A stretch of DNA of 64,000 nt, from positions 20,403 through 84,402 of the forward strand of contig CAWDWO010000028.1 in assembly GCA_963806035.1 (NCBI GenBank). The letters run 5' to 3'. Positions 46,327 through 59,133 of the stretch are shown here, in pieces (the stretch's first letter is position 1; each line of letters starts with the position of its first letter). The notes beneath the pieces were generated by a model. It was given only the letters and a program-made list of their open reading frames with translations. It was not told the DNA's origin and ran no database searches. Made by a program: the position numbers and the translations under genes. This stretch comes from Candidatus Krumholzibacteriota bacterium (lineage in GTDB: Bacteria; Krumholzibacteriota; Krumholzibacteriia; JAJRXK01).

Positions 46327-49170
46327 ATGCGGCGTCGCCATCTTCTGTCCCTGTTGATCCTCTTCTCCCTGGGAATCACTCCCTCCGGCCACGCGACCGC
46401 CGCGGATCCTGTGGAGTCTGGCCTACCCACGGTCGACACTGCCGACGAGGCGATCCTTCCCTTTGACGACGCGACGACGGTGGGGACCCTTCCCAACGGA
46501 CTGCGCTATTACATACGGGAGAATCGGCAGCCGGAGGATCGCGCGGAATTGCGCTTGGTGCTCAACGCGGGTTCGATTCTGGAGGACGATGACCAGCTAG
46601 GTTTGGCCCACTTCGTCGAGCACATGGCATTCAACGGGAGCGAGCACTTCGCCCACAATCGCCTCATCGAAACCATGGAAAACATGGGAATGGAGTTCGG
46701 CCCCGACGTCAATGCCCACACTACTTTCGACGAGACGGTGTTCATGCTCACCGTGCCCACAGATCGCGACTCGATTCTCCAAACCGGTTTGGAAATTCTC
46801 AGAGATTGGGCGGGTTCCCTCAACTTCACTCCCGAAGAAATCGACAAGGAACGCGGCGTGGTCATCGAAGAATGGCGCCGGGGATTGGGAGCCTCCCAGC
46901 GCGTACGCGATCAAATTCTCCCCGTTCTCTACCAGGGTTCGCTCTACGCCAAGCGCCTTCCCATCGGAAAGAAGAAGATCCTCGAGAACTTTCCCCACAG
47001 CGTGCTCATCCGCTTTTATCACGATTGGTATCGGCCCGACTTGATGGCGGTCGTCGCCGTGGGAGATTTCGACCCGAAGAAGATCGAGGCCGGGATTCGC
47101 GGACTATTCTCCGATCTCTCCAATCCCGAGCCGGAACGCGCGCGTATCTCCCCCTCCGTACCCTCTCACGAGGCCACTCGCTTTTCACTGGTGAAGGACA
47201 AGGAACTCACGGTCAGCCGGGTCCAAGTTCTCGTGCAGACCGAACCGAGCAAGATCAAAACGGTGAAGGACTATCGGCGCTCGGTGATCGAGGGCCTGTG
47301 GTTTCACATGCTCAACGCACGACTGAGCGAACTCGTTCAAAAGCCCAACCCGCCTTTCATCAGCGCCTACGCCGGCCGTGGCGGAAGCATCCGCGCGGTC
47401 GATGAATACAATCTGAGTACCGTCGTGGGCGATGGTGGCGTGGATGCAGGATTGAAAGCCGTCCTGCAAGAGACCGCGCGGGCCGCTCGTCACGGTTTCT
47501 TGGCTAGCGAGCTGGAGCGCGAAAAGAAGAATCGCTTGCGCGGGTTGGAGCGGCAATACAGGGAGCGTCTGAGCACCGAATCGGCGGTCTACGCCGCTTC
47601 GCGCTCCGCGAATTTTCTGGACGACTCGCCCGTGCCGGGAATCGAATACCTCTATGCCCTCAATCAGGCCCTCCTTCCCGACATCACTCTGGAGGAGGTC
47701 AACGCAGTCGCTCCCGACTTCTTCCAGGAAGAGAACCGCGTGATCGTGGTCGCGCAGCCGGATAATGAGGAGACGAAGCAGCCCACGCCGGACGAGCTTC
47801 GCGCTGTCTTCCAGACCGTATCAAAGGAAACCCTCGACCCCTATCGCGAGCAGATCAGCGACAAGGCGCTGGTGCAGAACCCTCCCCAAGCGGGGACCAT
47901 CGTGAAGCGTTCGCACGACCCCGATCTGGATCTCTACACCTGGACCCTCTCCAATGGCGCACGTGTGTTCTTGAAGCCCACCGATTTCAAGGACGACGAG
48001 GTGCTGATGGGCGCGTATCGTTTTGGAGGAAGCAGCACTTGCGAAGGCGAGGAACACTGGTCCTGCGACCTTGCCGGTCATTTCATTCCCGCTTTGGGGG
48101 TGGGGGATTTCACGCCCCCTCAGTTCGCCAAGAAGTTGGCGGGCAAGCAACTCAGCGTGAGGCCCTACATTTCCCAGCTCGAAGAGGGGGTGAACGCGGC
48201 CTGTAGTCCCTCCGATTTCGACGCCATGCTGCAGACGGTCTACCTCTATTTTACTGATCCCAGAGACGATCAGGAGACCTTCGACGCATTGCGGCAGCGT
48301 TGGTCCGCGGTGCTCGCCAACCGGGCCGCGAACCCCGAGCAGGCGTTTTCGGACACCCTCAGTCTGATCCTCGCCCAGCATCATCCTCGGGCTCGGCCTC
48401 TGACTTCACAGGCCCTCGAAGAAGTCCGGTTGCAACCGGCCTACGAATTCTTCCGGCGCTGTTTCTCCGACGCCAATGGCTTCACTTTCGTCTTCGTGGG
48501 GAATCTCGACCCCGAAAAGGTCGAGGGGTCCATCGAGGAGTGGATCGGGGGACTTCCTGAACTACCCGAGCATCAAGGCTGGCGGGATCTGGGGATTCGC
48601 CCTCCGGACGAAGTCGTGACTCAGAAGGTGCACCGGGGTGAAGAGCCCAAGAGTCGCACCGCGATCGTGTTTAGCGGTGACTTTCAGTGGAACCGGGCCA
48701 ATCGCCACGCCATCTCCTCTCTGGCCCAGCTTCTGGAGATCCGCCTGCGCGATCTGATTCGCGAGGAACTCTCGGGCACCTACGCGGTGCGCGTCGCCGC
48801 GTATCCCAGCCTCTACCCTGTTCCCTCCTATTCCCTGAACATCATGTTCGGCTGCGATCCGGCCCGGCTCGACGAGCTGAGCAACGAGGTGTTTGCCGCC
48901 CTCGCCAAGCTGAAGACCGTCGCACCCAGCGAGGATGAGGTGGCCAAGCTGAAGGAGCAACAGAGCCGCCAGTTGGAAGTCGATCTTCGAATCAATCGCA
49001 AGTGGCTGAACTGGATCGAATTCAGAGACCGCTACGGAATCGACCAGAGAGAACAGCTGGATTCTGAGGATCTCATCGATTCGCTGAACGCAGAGACCCT
49101 TCAATCCGCGGCCAGGCGTTACCTCGATCTGAAGCGCTACGTGCAGGTCAGTCTCGTCCCCGAGGGTTGA
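46327..49170 (+). CDS. M16 family zinc protease (PqqL-like), exported
   Basis: Signal peptide; GTLPNGLRYYIR, GLAHFVEHMAFNGS (HXXEH), NAHTTFDETV, ERGVVIEEWR; second half TLSNG, IREELSGTY. Confidence 0.92.
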   Translation: MRRRHLLSLLILFSLGITPSGHATAADPVESGLPTVDTADEAILPFDDATTVGTLPNGLRYYIRENRQPEDRAELRLVLNAGSILEDDDQLGLAHFVEHMAFNGSEHFAHNRLIETMENMGMEFGPDVNAHTTFDETVFMLTVPTDRDSILQTGLEILRDWAGSLNFTPEEIDKERGVVIEEWRRGLGASQRVRDQILPVLYQGSLYAKRLPIGKKKILENFPHSVLIRFYHDWYRPDLMAVVAVGDFDPKKIEAGIRGLFSDLSNPEPERARISPSVPSHEATRFSLVKDKELTVSRVQVLVQTEPSKIKTVKDYRRSVIEGLWFHMLNARLSELVQKPNPPFISAYAGRGGSIRAVDEYNLSTVVGDGGVDAGLKAVLQETARAARHGFLASELEREKKNRLRGLERQYRERLSTESAVYAASRSANFLDDSPVPGIEYLYALNQALLPDITLEEVNAVAPDFFQEENRVIVVAQPDNEETKQPTPDELRAVFQTVSKETLDPYREQISDKALVQNPPQAGTIVKRSHDPDLDLYTWTLSNGARVFLKPTDFKDDEVLMGAYRFGGSSTCEGEEHWSCDLAGHFIPALGVGDFTPPQFAKKLAGKQLSVRPYISQLEEGVNAACSPSDFDAMLQTVYLYFTDPRDDQETFDALRQRWSAVLANRAANPEQAFSDTLSLILAQHHPRARPLTSQALEEVRLQPAYEFFRRCFSDANGFTFVFVGNLDPEKVEGSIEEWIGGLPELPEHQGWRDLGIRPPDEVVTQKVHRGEEPKSRTAIVFSGDFQWNRANRHAISSLAQLLEIRLRDLIREELSGTYAVRVAAYPSLYPVPSYSLNIMFGCDPARLDELSNEVFAALAKLKTVAPSEDEVAKLKEQQSRQLEVDLRINRKWLNWIEFRDRYGIDQREQLDSEDLIDSLNAETLQSAARRYLDLKRYVQVSLVPEG

Positions 49171-49253
49171 GTTTTCGCGGCATTTCCGCGACTGGGCCGA
49201 CGGCAAAGATCCGTTTGCCGCGGCCGGCAAATGGGCCCATCTTGACCTGGTGA

Positions 49254-51747
<2,494 letters not shown>

Positions 51748-51801
51748 CGACGCTTCTGAAAGACGCGTGGCGCGCAACCGCCCCCACCACGCTCCTTCGG
51801 G

Positions 51802-54099
51802 CTAGGGGGTGACGCTGCAACCCTGTCCCAATGCCCCGATCTGCGTCGCACAATCATTGCCCGCCGGCAGAAGAGGTGAGTTCGAGCTGACGGTATAGAC
51901 ATCGTTTTCCGCATCACAGAACAGCGGGTCTTCCGAGAAGCTTCCCGCGCCCGGGTTCGCGCCGATGCCATAATTGAACACACCATTCGACCAGAAGTCG
52001 TTACACGACATCTCGACGAAACGCAGATCGTTCCCGGTGATCCCGGCCGGCGTGTTGAATGCAACCACGCTCTGCGTCACGGACATGAGTCCGGAGCGGT
52101 GAGTGATGGCACCCAAGCCGCCATCGTTGTTCGCGATGGTGCATCCCACGAGCGCGAGCGAGCCACCGGGAAGGTCCTGCCGACTGTAGATGGTCGAGGG
52201 AACCAACTGGGAGGGAATCTTGAGATCGTTCCACGCCATCACGCAGTATTCCACCCGGAGTTCCTTGGTGAGATCGCGGGCATAGATCGCGCCGGCGCTG
52301 TTGGCGGTGTTTCGCAAGAAGGTGCAGTCGGAGAGCACGAGGTTTTGCGCCAAGTTGGTCACGTAGATGGCTCCACCCAACGTGCCGTAGTTGTCCTCGA
52401 ACAGAACGTTTTGAAGATCGAGCTTGGACTCGTTGCAGTAGATGGCCCCACCGTTGCCACCGTCGTTCGTTCCCCCGCTGTTGCCCCTGAAGACCGAACC
52501 GTCTGCGAAGGTCGCGGAGCCTTCTGAGAGATACAGGCCTCCCGATCCCTTCGTTCCCGTGTTGTCCTCCACGGCGGTGTTCGTGGCATCGATACTGCCA
52601 CCGAGAAGCACCGCGATTCCGCCGCCGAGCTCAGGAGACGAATTCGACTGAACCGTGAGGCCATTTGCGCTCACACTTGCCTCGCGAACGTACAATCCGG
52701 CTCCAAGCAGGTGTGCTTCGTTGTCGTGGATGTTGGCGCCGGTCACGCTCAAGGAGCTGGCAGCGTCGAGCAGTGCCACTCCCCCACCCGAACTGGCCAC
52801 GTTTTCCTGGATGTTCGTGTCGGATTCGAGGAGCGCCGAGGCGCCCAGCGTCACCTTCAGCCCGCCACCGATCGCCTGTGCGGGACTGGCGATTAGCTCC
52901 GGATCGGTCCAGGCCTCGCCGTTGCTCGCCACCAGGCACGAACTCAACTGGAGCTGCAAACCGTCTCCCGAGGCCAGGATTCCGCTTCGATAGGACCCGC
53001 TGACCTCGCAGTCCTCCATGCGGAAGAGGTGCTCGCCTCCGGTCGATTCGGCGAAAATCCCAATGCCCAAGGAGGAGTTGTTGAGGTCCTTCTTCGTCGT
53101 GAGGACTTTGCTCGAGATGAGAGAATCCGTGGAGTCCGTGCTCCAAATTCCGTAATGCTGATTGGAGGTCAGATCTACGTTCTGCAGACGGACCGTCCCT
53201 CCGGTGGACCGGATGCCGCCCGAAACGTTGCGCAGTACCTGATAGCTGCGAAGTTCCAGCCGGCTGTCGCTGACCATTGCTCCCCAACCCAGTCCGTCTC
53301 GCAGTTCAGGCAAGGGAGTGACATTCTCGCCACTCAGCAGCAGATCGCTACCGGATTCCATCCAAATGCCCGCATCCAAGTTGGTGTAGAAGCCCGCGCG
53401 CTTCGCGCTGCCGTTGGCGCCGTCGGTGAGGGCGAGACCCACCTGATTGTCCTCGAAGAACACCGAAGAGGCGCGCATCGTCGAACCCTGGCACCACAGC
53501 CCCGCCGTGGCTGCCGCCGCGAGCGAGCCGTCTTGACTGAGTCCGTTGCGGCGGAAGAAGCACTGCCAGAGGGAGATCTCCCCGCCGGCCGGCACCTTGC
53601 CCACACCTCCCCCCATGCGCACTCCGAAACCGGCATTGTCGATGACGTCGCACTTGCGCATCACGACGGGGACCGTGGAGCTTTGGACGATCATCCCCTC
53701 ACGCGCCCCGTTGAAGCCGAAGCCTTCGAAGATCAGGCTGTCCGTGGCGCTGAAGCTGCCGGAGATCTGAACGACGACAGAGGTGGTGTCGGAAGAGTTG
53801 GTGAAAATCGTGTTTTCCTTGCCGGCGCTGGAAAGGAAATGAATCGGCTTGTCGATGACGAGCGTTCCGCTGTACTGCCCGGGTAGCACGACGATCGTGA
53901 ATCCGGCTTGAGCTTGGGTCACCGCTTGAGTCAAGGGCGCCATCGTTCCCATGCTGTCCGGACGTACCGTCAGATCGCCCGGCGGAATCACGTTCGGCAA
54001 CGGATCGGTAACCCCGCCATCTTGTGACGAGCAGCCGGCTTGGGCGACGACCAACGCGAACAGCAAGATGGAAACCCACGATTGTACCGCTGTCTTCAT
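51802..54099 (-). CDS. Lipoprotein with right-handed parallel beta-helix repeats
   Basis: Lipobox QAGC; PG.Y then repeated F..N....GGAI/GG.. motifs; C-terminal SCNDFWSN...DPLFC...SP.LP..N.C..QIGA.G.GC. GGAG RBS before ATG 54099. Confidence 0.82.
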   Translation of the reverse strand: MKTAVQSWVSILLFALVVAQAGCSSQDGGVTDPLPNVIPPGDLTVRPDSMGTMAPLTQAVTQAQAGFTIVVLPGQYSGTLVIDKPIHFLSSAGKENTIFTNSSDTTSVVVQISGSFSATDSLIFEGFGFNGAREGMIVQSSTVPVVMRKCDVIDNAGFGVRMGGGVGKVPAGGEISLWQCFFRRNGLSQDGSLAAAATAGLWCQGSTMRASSVFFEDNQVGLALTDGANGSAKRAGFYTNLDAGIWMESGSDLLLSGENVTPLPELRDGLGWGAMVSDSRLELRSYQVLRNVSGGIRSTGGTVRLQNVDLTSNQHYGIWSTDSTDSLISSKVLTTKKDLNNSSLGIGIFAESTGGEHLFRMEDCEVSGSYRSGILASGDGLQLQLSSCLVASNGEAWTDPELIASPAQAIGGGLKVTLGASALLESDTNIQENVASSGGGVALLDAASSLSVTGANIHDNEAHLLGAGLYVREASVSANGLTVQSNSSPELGGGIAVLLGGSIDATNTAVEDNTGTKGSGGLYLSEGSATFADGSVFRGNSGGTNDGGNGGAIYCNESKLDLQNVLFEDNYGTLGGAIYVTNLAQNLVLSDCTFLRNTANSAGAIYARDLTKELRVEYCVMAWNDLKIPSQLVPSTIYSRQDLPGGSLALVGCTIANNDGGLGAITHRSGLMSVTQSVVAFNTPAGITGNDLRFVEMSCNDFWSNGVFNYGIGANPGAGSFSEDPLFCDAENDVYTVSSNSPLLPAGNDCATQIGALGQGCSVTP

Positions 54100-54144
54100 C
54101 GAACCACTCCTGAATACGATCTTTGACACTTTGGATCGCTCCAT

Positions 54145-57100
54145 TTACTTCACCAGAACCATCTTGCGCTGGCCCGCGACAGCACCGTCGACCACCAAGC
54201 GATAGAGATAAACGCCCGCCGCCACTTCTCCGCCGCGATCATCGTGACCACTCCAGCTGACCTGCTGAGCTCCAGCAGGGAGCTTGGCGTTGACCAGAGT
54301 CGCGACCTTGCGTCCCCTCAAATCGTACACGCTCAGCTTGACCTGCCCGCCCACCGGTAGATCGTAACGAATCAGAGTCTTCGGGTTGAACGGGTTGGGG
54401 TAGTTCTGAGCGAGCAAGGGCGCGATGTTGCCCGGTATCGTGGGCGCGTCCGTCGCCTGCTGCTTCGCGATCGAAGCGTCACGCAAGAAGAAGACGCTCA
54501 CGCGCGCGTTCGTTTGATCGGTCATTGCCAGATCCAGTTTCCCGTCCCGGGTGACGTCTCCGAGCGCGATATCGCTGGCGAGCTCCGCTCCAACATAGGT
54601 CGAGGCCGGGCCAAAGCTTCCGTCGCCGTTGCCAATCCTGATGGACACTCCACCCCAAGCGCTGATCACCGTGAGCAGGTCCAGCTTGTCATCGTTGGTC
54701 ACGTCCGCGAGATAAACTCGGGTGGGCAGCAGAGGATAGCCGGTGACCCTGCGGCCCGCCGGGTAAGTCGCGCCCTCCTGGAAGGTGCCGTCGCCGTTGC
54801 CGAGGTAGAGAACCACATCCTCTTGGTTGGCACGCACGATGGCGAAATCGTCGAAAGTGTCGCCATTGACGTCACCGCAACTGACGGCGATGGGTTTTCC
54901 GTCCACCGGAATCACGGTGCTCACCGGACGATCCGTGTTCACGAAGATGTAGTTCGGGTCGTTCATGAGGATGTTAATGTCGCCCGTATCCTGATTGATG
55001 GCGACGAGATCCGCCTCTCCATCGGCGTTGAAATCGCCCGAGGCAATCGCTCCGAGACCAGGGATTCCGCCACGACCACCCTTGAAGGCGAAAGCGCGCC
55101 CCGCTCCGGACGCCAGGCTTGGATCATTGGGTGCGCCGACGAGCCAATCGCTATAGCCGTCCTTGTTGAGATCGCCGTCTCCGGCAACCGCCGCTCCAAA
55201 ATTGGCGGAGGGAACCTTACCGGAGGCAATCACCACCGCGCCGCTGATGTTCGTGGAACCCGCGCCGAAGAGATAGACACGGCCGTACTCGTTACGCTCG
55301 GGACTGCCGGTGACCTCGCTCACATAACCGGGAGCGCCCACCAGCATGTCTTGCTCGTCGCCCTCCTGGGGATGACCGGCGGGAGCGACGCTGGATCCGA
55401 AGTACTCGTTGGTCCGCGTGCCATTGATCTGAAGGTTCGCGGCTCCGGGGGCCGAAGTGCCCCCGTAGAAGTAGAGAACGGCGCCCAGATTCTGTCCCCC
55501 GGGCGAATCGTAGAGCGGCGCACCCGCCGCGACATCGTCGATCCCGTCGCCGTTGTAGTCCCCGATCCCCGCCACCGAGGCGCCGAAATCCGATTTGGCC
55601 GCCGGTCCATCCGCGGTGAGGAAAGGCAGGTTAGCCGAACTCCCGCCGGGGAAAACGTAGATTCGTCCCGCTTCGGTCAGCGACTCGCTGTGTTTCGGCG
55701 CACCGACGACCAGATCCGCGGTGCCGTCCGCATTGAAGTCCCGGGCCGAAGCCACGCTGGTTCCAAAGTGATCTCCGGGGGCCGCACCCTCCAGAGTGAG
55801 GTCCGCCGAATTGTCGAGACCACCGCCGTAGAAAACGTACACCCGGCCCGCGTCGGGCCCGATTCCATCGTAACCGGGAGAGCCGGTAGCCCAGTCCACG
55901 ATGCCGTCGCCGCTGAAATCCATTCCCGAAGCCAGGCTGGAACCCAGAGCCTCCCCTTCCTGCGTGCCAGAGACGCTGAGGTCGACCGTGGCGTCTTCGT
56001 TGCCCCGGTAGAGGTAGACCATGCCCGCGTCAGTCGCGCCGGTGTCGTTGCTGGGAGCTCCGATGATGATGTCGTCGAAGCCGTCGTCGTCGATGTCCCC
56101 GAAGGCCACCGAAGCCCCGAAGCGCTCGCCACTCTGGGGACCGACGAAGGTGAGGTCCGGGATGGTGTCCAGCACGGCGGAGCCGTAATAGAGCCTTACC
56201 GTGTTTTCACCGGGGAAGCCGACGAGCACGTCGCTGAAACCGTCGTTGTTGGCATCACCCAGAGCGACGGCCCGTCCGCCCTCGGCCGAGGGGCTCGTGC
56301 TGGTATAGCGTGCATCGCTCTCGCCGTTCGCATCGCTCTGATCGATCGCGATCGAAATGGATTTCTTGAAGCTCTGGGGGGTGATGGTCGAACTCAAGGT
56401 GCCACGAACGAGGTCGAGCCGACCGGTCGCAGAGCTGAAAGTGATGATGTCGTCCACGTTGTTGCGGTCGAAGTCGGCGACCAGAACATCGCGCGGACTC
56501 TTCTGCACCGGAATTCGAATCGGTGTCGAAATCAGCGAATTGCTGGCGGGGTCCGGCCCGAAGACGCTGAGAAAACTGGTGGCGGAGTTCACCGCCACGA
56601 CCGCAGGCAGTTGGTTGTTGGTGAAATGTCCCAGAGCGATCGCTTCGGGCGTGACTCCGGTGCTTCCGGTGTATGAATTGTCGTTGAACCAGACGGGGCC
56701 TGCTTGTCCCTTGCGCACGTTGACGGCGCTGGAGAGGACGTCGAGGGTGATGAGATCCAAGTAGGTGTCGCCGTTGAGGTCAGCCAGAAGGGTACGGGTT
56801 GGTTTGGGACCGGTCGCGTAGCGCAAGGGAGAGAATCGGCCCGCGGCGGCGCCCCCCGTGCCCAAGCCGTTCAAGATGATGATGCCGTGGCTCCAGTGCG
56901 AGGTCACCGCGATGTCAAGGTACCCGTCTCCGTCAACCTGCATGGGAACCACTTGCATCGGCCGGTAACCGCCGAAGTACAGGGTTTGGTTTTCGTAGGT
57001 CCCCACGTTGTTGCCCACGCTCACCCCGACCTGGTCGTTCGCTTCGAGGGCATAGACCAGGTCGAGATTCGTGTCGGGGGTCAAATTCGCGAAGGCTAGC

Positions 57101-58032
57101 GAACGCGGCGAACCCTTGGCCGTGATCTGAGTCTGGAAGCCGAAGAGGGTTCCCTGGCTTTGCGCCGAGGCGGTGGTCTCCAGCAGGCTGATCTGGTCGA
57201 GGTAGTAATTGGCGAAGGCCAGATCGTCGATTCCGTCGACCAGGGCGCCGGATGCCGCCGCCACGGGGCGCGCACCAGCATTCAGATTCCCGAACAGGCT
57301 GAAGCCGCCGCCGGCCTGTCCCAGATAGAGGGTCGCATTGTCCGAGAGAAAATTCACCGCGACGAGATCGACCAAGCCGTCCTTGTTGAAATCACCGGTG
57401 ACCAGATCGATGGGACGGGAACCCGCCTCCAAAACCTCGTTCCCGCTGAATCCCCCCGCTCCGTCGCCATAGAACACACTCACGTTGTCCGACCAGTAGT
57501 TGGCCGCCGCGATGTCGTCGTTTCCGTCCCCATTGAGATCCTTGAAGAGCACCGACACCGGATACTGCCAGACGCCGGGCGCGGGTCCGGCAGAGAAGGT
57601 ACCGTCGGGCGTGCCACCGGGAGTGTTCGCCAGCCAGATCGAGACGCGACCCGCCGCGGCCTCGGTCACGGCCAGATCGCTCGCGCCGTCGCCGTTCAAG
57701 TCGCCCGCCGCGATGTCCCAGGGTTCTTCCCCGACCTCGAAATTGGAAACTTCGGTGAAGGTGCCGTCACCCACGCCTCCGAGGGTGTTCGCCAGGAAGA
57801 TGGAAACCGTGTGATCCGCGTAATTCACGACCGCAAAATCGGAAACTCCATCGGCGTTGAAATCACCGGCCGCCATTGCGTCCGGATTGATCCCCGTGGG
57901 CACCAGGGCGCCGGAATAGAGCGCCCCGGCATGCGAGGAACGCACGCAGAAAAGAAGGGAAAAGAGGGCGATCAGAAAAAGCGGGAGCTGCCGCGCGCGG
58001 CGCGTTCTCCATACACTTGAACTCGCGAACAT
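54145..58032 (-). CDS. Large secreted FG-GAP/integrin-alpha repeat protein with C-terminal FlgD-Ig (T9SS-CTD-like) domain
   Basis: Signal peptide; many GD(F/L)NxDGxxD repeats; central FGASVA...GAP integrin-type blades; tail LAQNYPNPFNPKTLIRYDLP...YDLRGRKVATL...W.G.D..G..VAAGVYLYRL...KMVLVK. Confidence 0.9.
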   Translation of the reverse strand: MFASSSVWRTRRARQLPLFLIALFSLLFCVRSSHAGALYSGALVPTGINPDAMAAGDFNADGVSDFAVVNYADHTVSIFLANTLGGVGDGTFTEVSNFEVGEEPWDIAAGDLNGDGASDLAVTEAAAGRVSIWLANTPGGTPDGTFSAGPAPGVWQYPVSVLFKDLNGDGNDDIAAANYWSDNVSVFYGDGAGGFSGNEVLEAGSRPIDLVTGDFNKDGLVDLVAVNFLSDNATLYLGQAGGGFSLFGNLNAGARPVAAASGALVDGIDDLAFANYYLDQISLLETTASAQSQGTLFGFQTQITAKGSPRSLAFANLTPDTNLDLVYALEANDQVGVSVGNNVGTYENQTLYFGGYRPMQVVPMQVDGDGYLDIAVTSHWSHGIIILNGLGTGGAAAGRFSPLRYATGPKPTRTLLADLNGDTYLDLITLDVLSSAVNVRKGQAGPVWFNDNSYTGSTGVTPEAIALGHFTNNQLPAVVAVNSATSFLSVFGPDPASNSLISTPIRIPVQKSPRDVLVADFDRNNVDDIITFSSATGRLDLVRGTLSSTITPQSFKKSISIAIDQSDANGESDARYTSTSPSAEGGRAVALGDANNDGFSDVLVGFPGENTVRLYYGSAVLDTIPDLTFVGPQSGERFGASVAFGDIDDDGFDDIIIGAPSNDTGATDAGMVYLYRGNEDATVDLSVSGTQEGEALGSSLASGMDFSGDGIVDWATGSPGYDGIGPDAGRVYVFYGGGLDNSADLTLEGAAPGDHFGTSVASARDFNADGTADLVVGAPKHSESLTEAGRIYVFPGGSSANLPFLTADGPAAKSDFGASVAGIGDYNGDGIDDVAAGAPLYDSPGGQNLGAVLYFYGGTSAPGAANLQINGTRTNEYFGSSVAPAGHPQEGDEQDMLVGAPGYVSEVTGSPERNEYGRVYLFGAGSTNISGAVVIASGKVPSANFGAAVAGDGDLNKDGYSDWLVGAPNDPSLASGAGRAFAFKGGRGGIPGLGAIASGDFNADGEADLVAINQDTGDINILMNDPNYIFVNTDRPVSTVIPVDGKPIAVSCGDVNGDTFDDFAIVRANQEDVVLYLGNGDGTFQEGATYPAGRRVTGYPLLPTRVYLADVTNDDKLDLLTVISAWGGVSIRIGNGDGSFGPASTYVGAELASDIALGDVTRDGKLDLAMTDQTNARVSVFFLRDASIAKQQATDAPTIPGNIAPLLAQNYPNPFNPKTLIRYDLPVGGQVKLSVYDLRGRKVATLVNAKLPAGAQQVSWSGHDDRGGEVAAGVYLYRLVVDGAVAGQRKMVLVK

Positions 58033-58291
58033 TCTGGCCTCCGAGGCGATCGAGGGCTGAGCTCCATCGCGGGGATTGCACAAGGGAGAGATCATCGAAA
58101 TTTCGCACGCTCTGGATCTGAGCCAGCGCCCTGCTGGGCGCCGTCCCGGCGCGCCGAGATGTTACCTTCAGCGGCGGTCAAAGGTACACCATCGACCGCC
58201 CGGTCTCAACTTGGCAAACATACGGATCTCGGGTCCCCAAAGGCCAGGACCGCAGGCCGAAAAGCGCTGCCAATGCATCCGGTGCGGCACT

Positions 58292-59050
58292 TCAGTGGGT
58301 GGGACAACCGTGCGCGTTGACCGGGGTGCCCAGGGGAGTGTCGGGGCACTCGTCCAGTCCTTCGGGGACGCCATCGCCATCCGGGTCCGAGGGGCAGCCG
58401 TGCTCGTCGACCAGAGCGCCCAGCGGGGTGTCGGGGCACAGGTCCAGGCTGTCGCTGACGCCGTCACCGTCCAGATCTTCCGTTGAGCCGAAAATAAGGC
58501 GTAAACCAGTAGAAATTAAGACCTGCTGCGCATAGGAGCCGCGGAAGCGCGCAAATTCGTCTTTGACTTCGATGAAGGCGCCCGTGTGGCGGTTCAGATT
58601 GAGCAGCGCACCGGCGCTCAAACCCACCCCCAGGGCGCGTTCCGTGCTGTGGGCGCGGATGAGTGAGGCCATCCCCAAGGAGACCGACAAATAAGGCGAA
58701 AACCTACGCATTGGCTGGAGAGCGAAGGTGGGCCCCAGGCCCAGGTAGTGATAGCGGCTGGTGGAGGTCTTGCCGAAGTCCTTGTCGTGGCTGCTGACGA
58801 AGTCGAATTGGAGCTCGAGCCCCCACAGCGCGGTGGGATGGTAGCCGAGCCGGCCCACCAGCAGCGAGTTGTTCTCGATTCCCAGCCATTGCTCGAAGAG
58901 GGCCCCACCCACGCCTCCGGAGAACTCCACGTGCGGTCCGTCGACTTGCGCGCGTGCCGCCGGTATGCCCAGGAGTCCCAGGGCCAGCAGACAACAGCTC
59001 AGCGCGACGGCAAGCGGCGCCGCCGCTCTTGGATGGGTGCGGGCGTTCAG
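58292..59050 (-). CDS. OmpA-like outer-membrane beta-barrel protein with thrombospondin type-3 Ca-binding repeats, no OmpA C-terminal domain
   Basis: Signal peptide ending ARA; alternating beta-strand pattern (GRLGY, FSPYLSVSLG, ISTGLRLIFG); two DxDGDGVxDxxDxCPDTP.G..V...GCP repeats. Start uncertain; CTG at 59050 follows AAAAGGA. Confidence 0.75.
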   Translation of the reverse strand: MNARTHPRAAAPLAVALSCCLLALGLLGIPAARAQVDGPHVEFSGGVGGALFEQWLGIENNSLLVGRLGYHPTALWGLELQFDFVSSHDKDFGKTSTSRYHYLGLGPTFALQPMRRFSPYLSVSLGMASLIRAHSTERALGVGLSAGALLNLNRHTGAFIEVKDEFARFRGSYAQQVLISTGLRLIFGSTEDLDGDGVSDSLDLCPDTPLGALVDEHGCPSDPDGDGVPEGLDECPDTPLGTPVNAHGCPTH

Positions 59051-59133
59051 TTTCCGATTCCTTTTCCCGGCGAATCGCCGCGGGCGTTCTCCCTCTTGGG
59101 GCTGCGAGTGCCTGCAAAGAATAGCTTGAAGCG

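Noticed and set aside
51802..51804. Pyrrolysine decoding of the TAG
   Set aside because: No pyl genes or methylamine methyltransferase context in the window, and many other genes here end normally in TAG.
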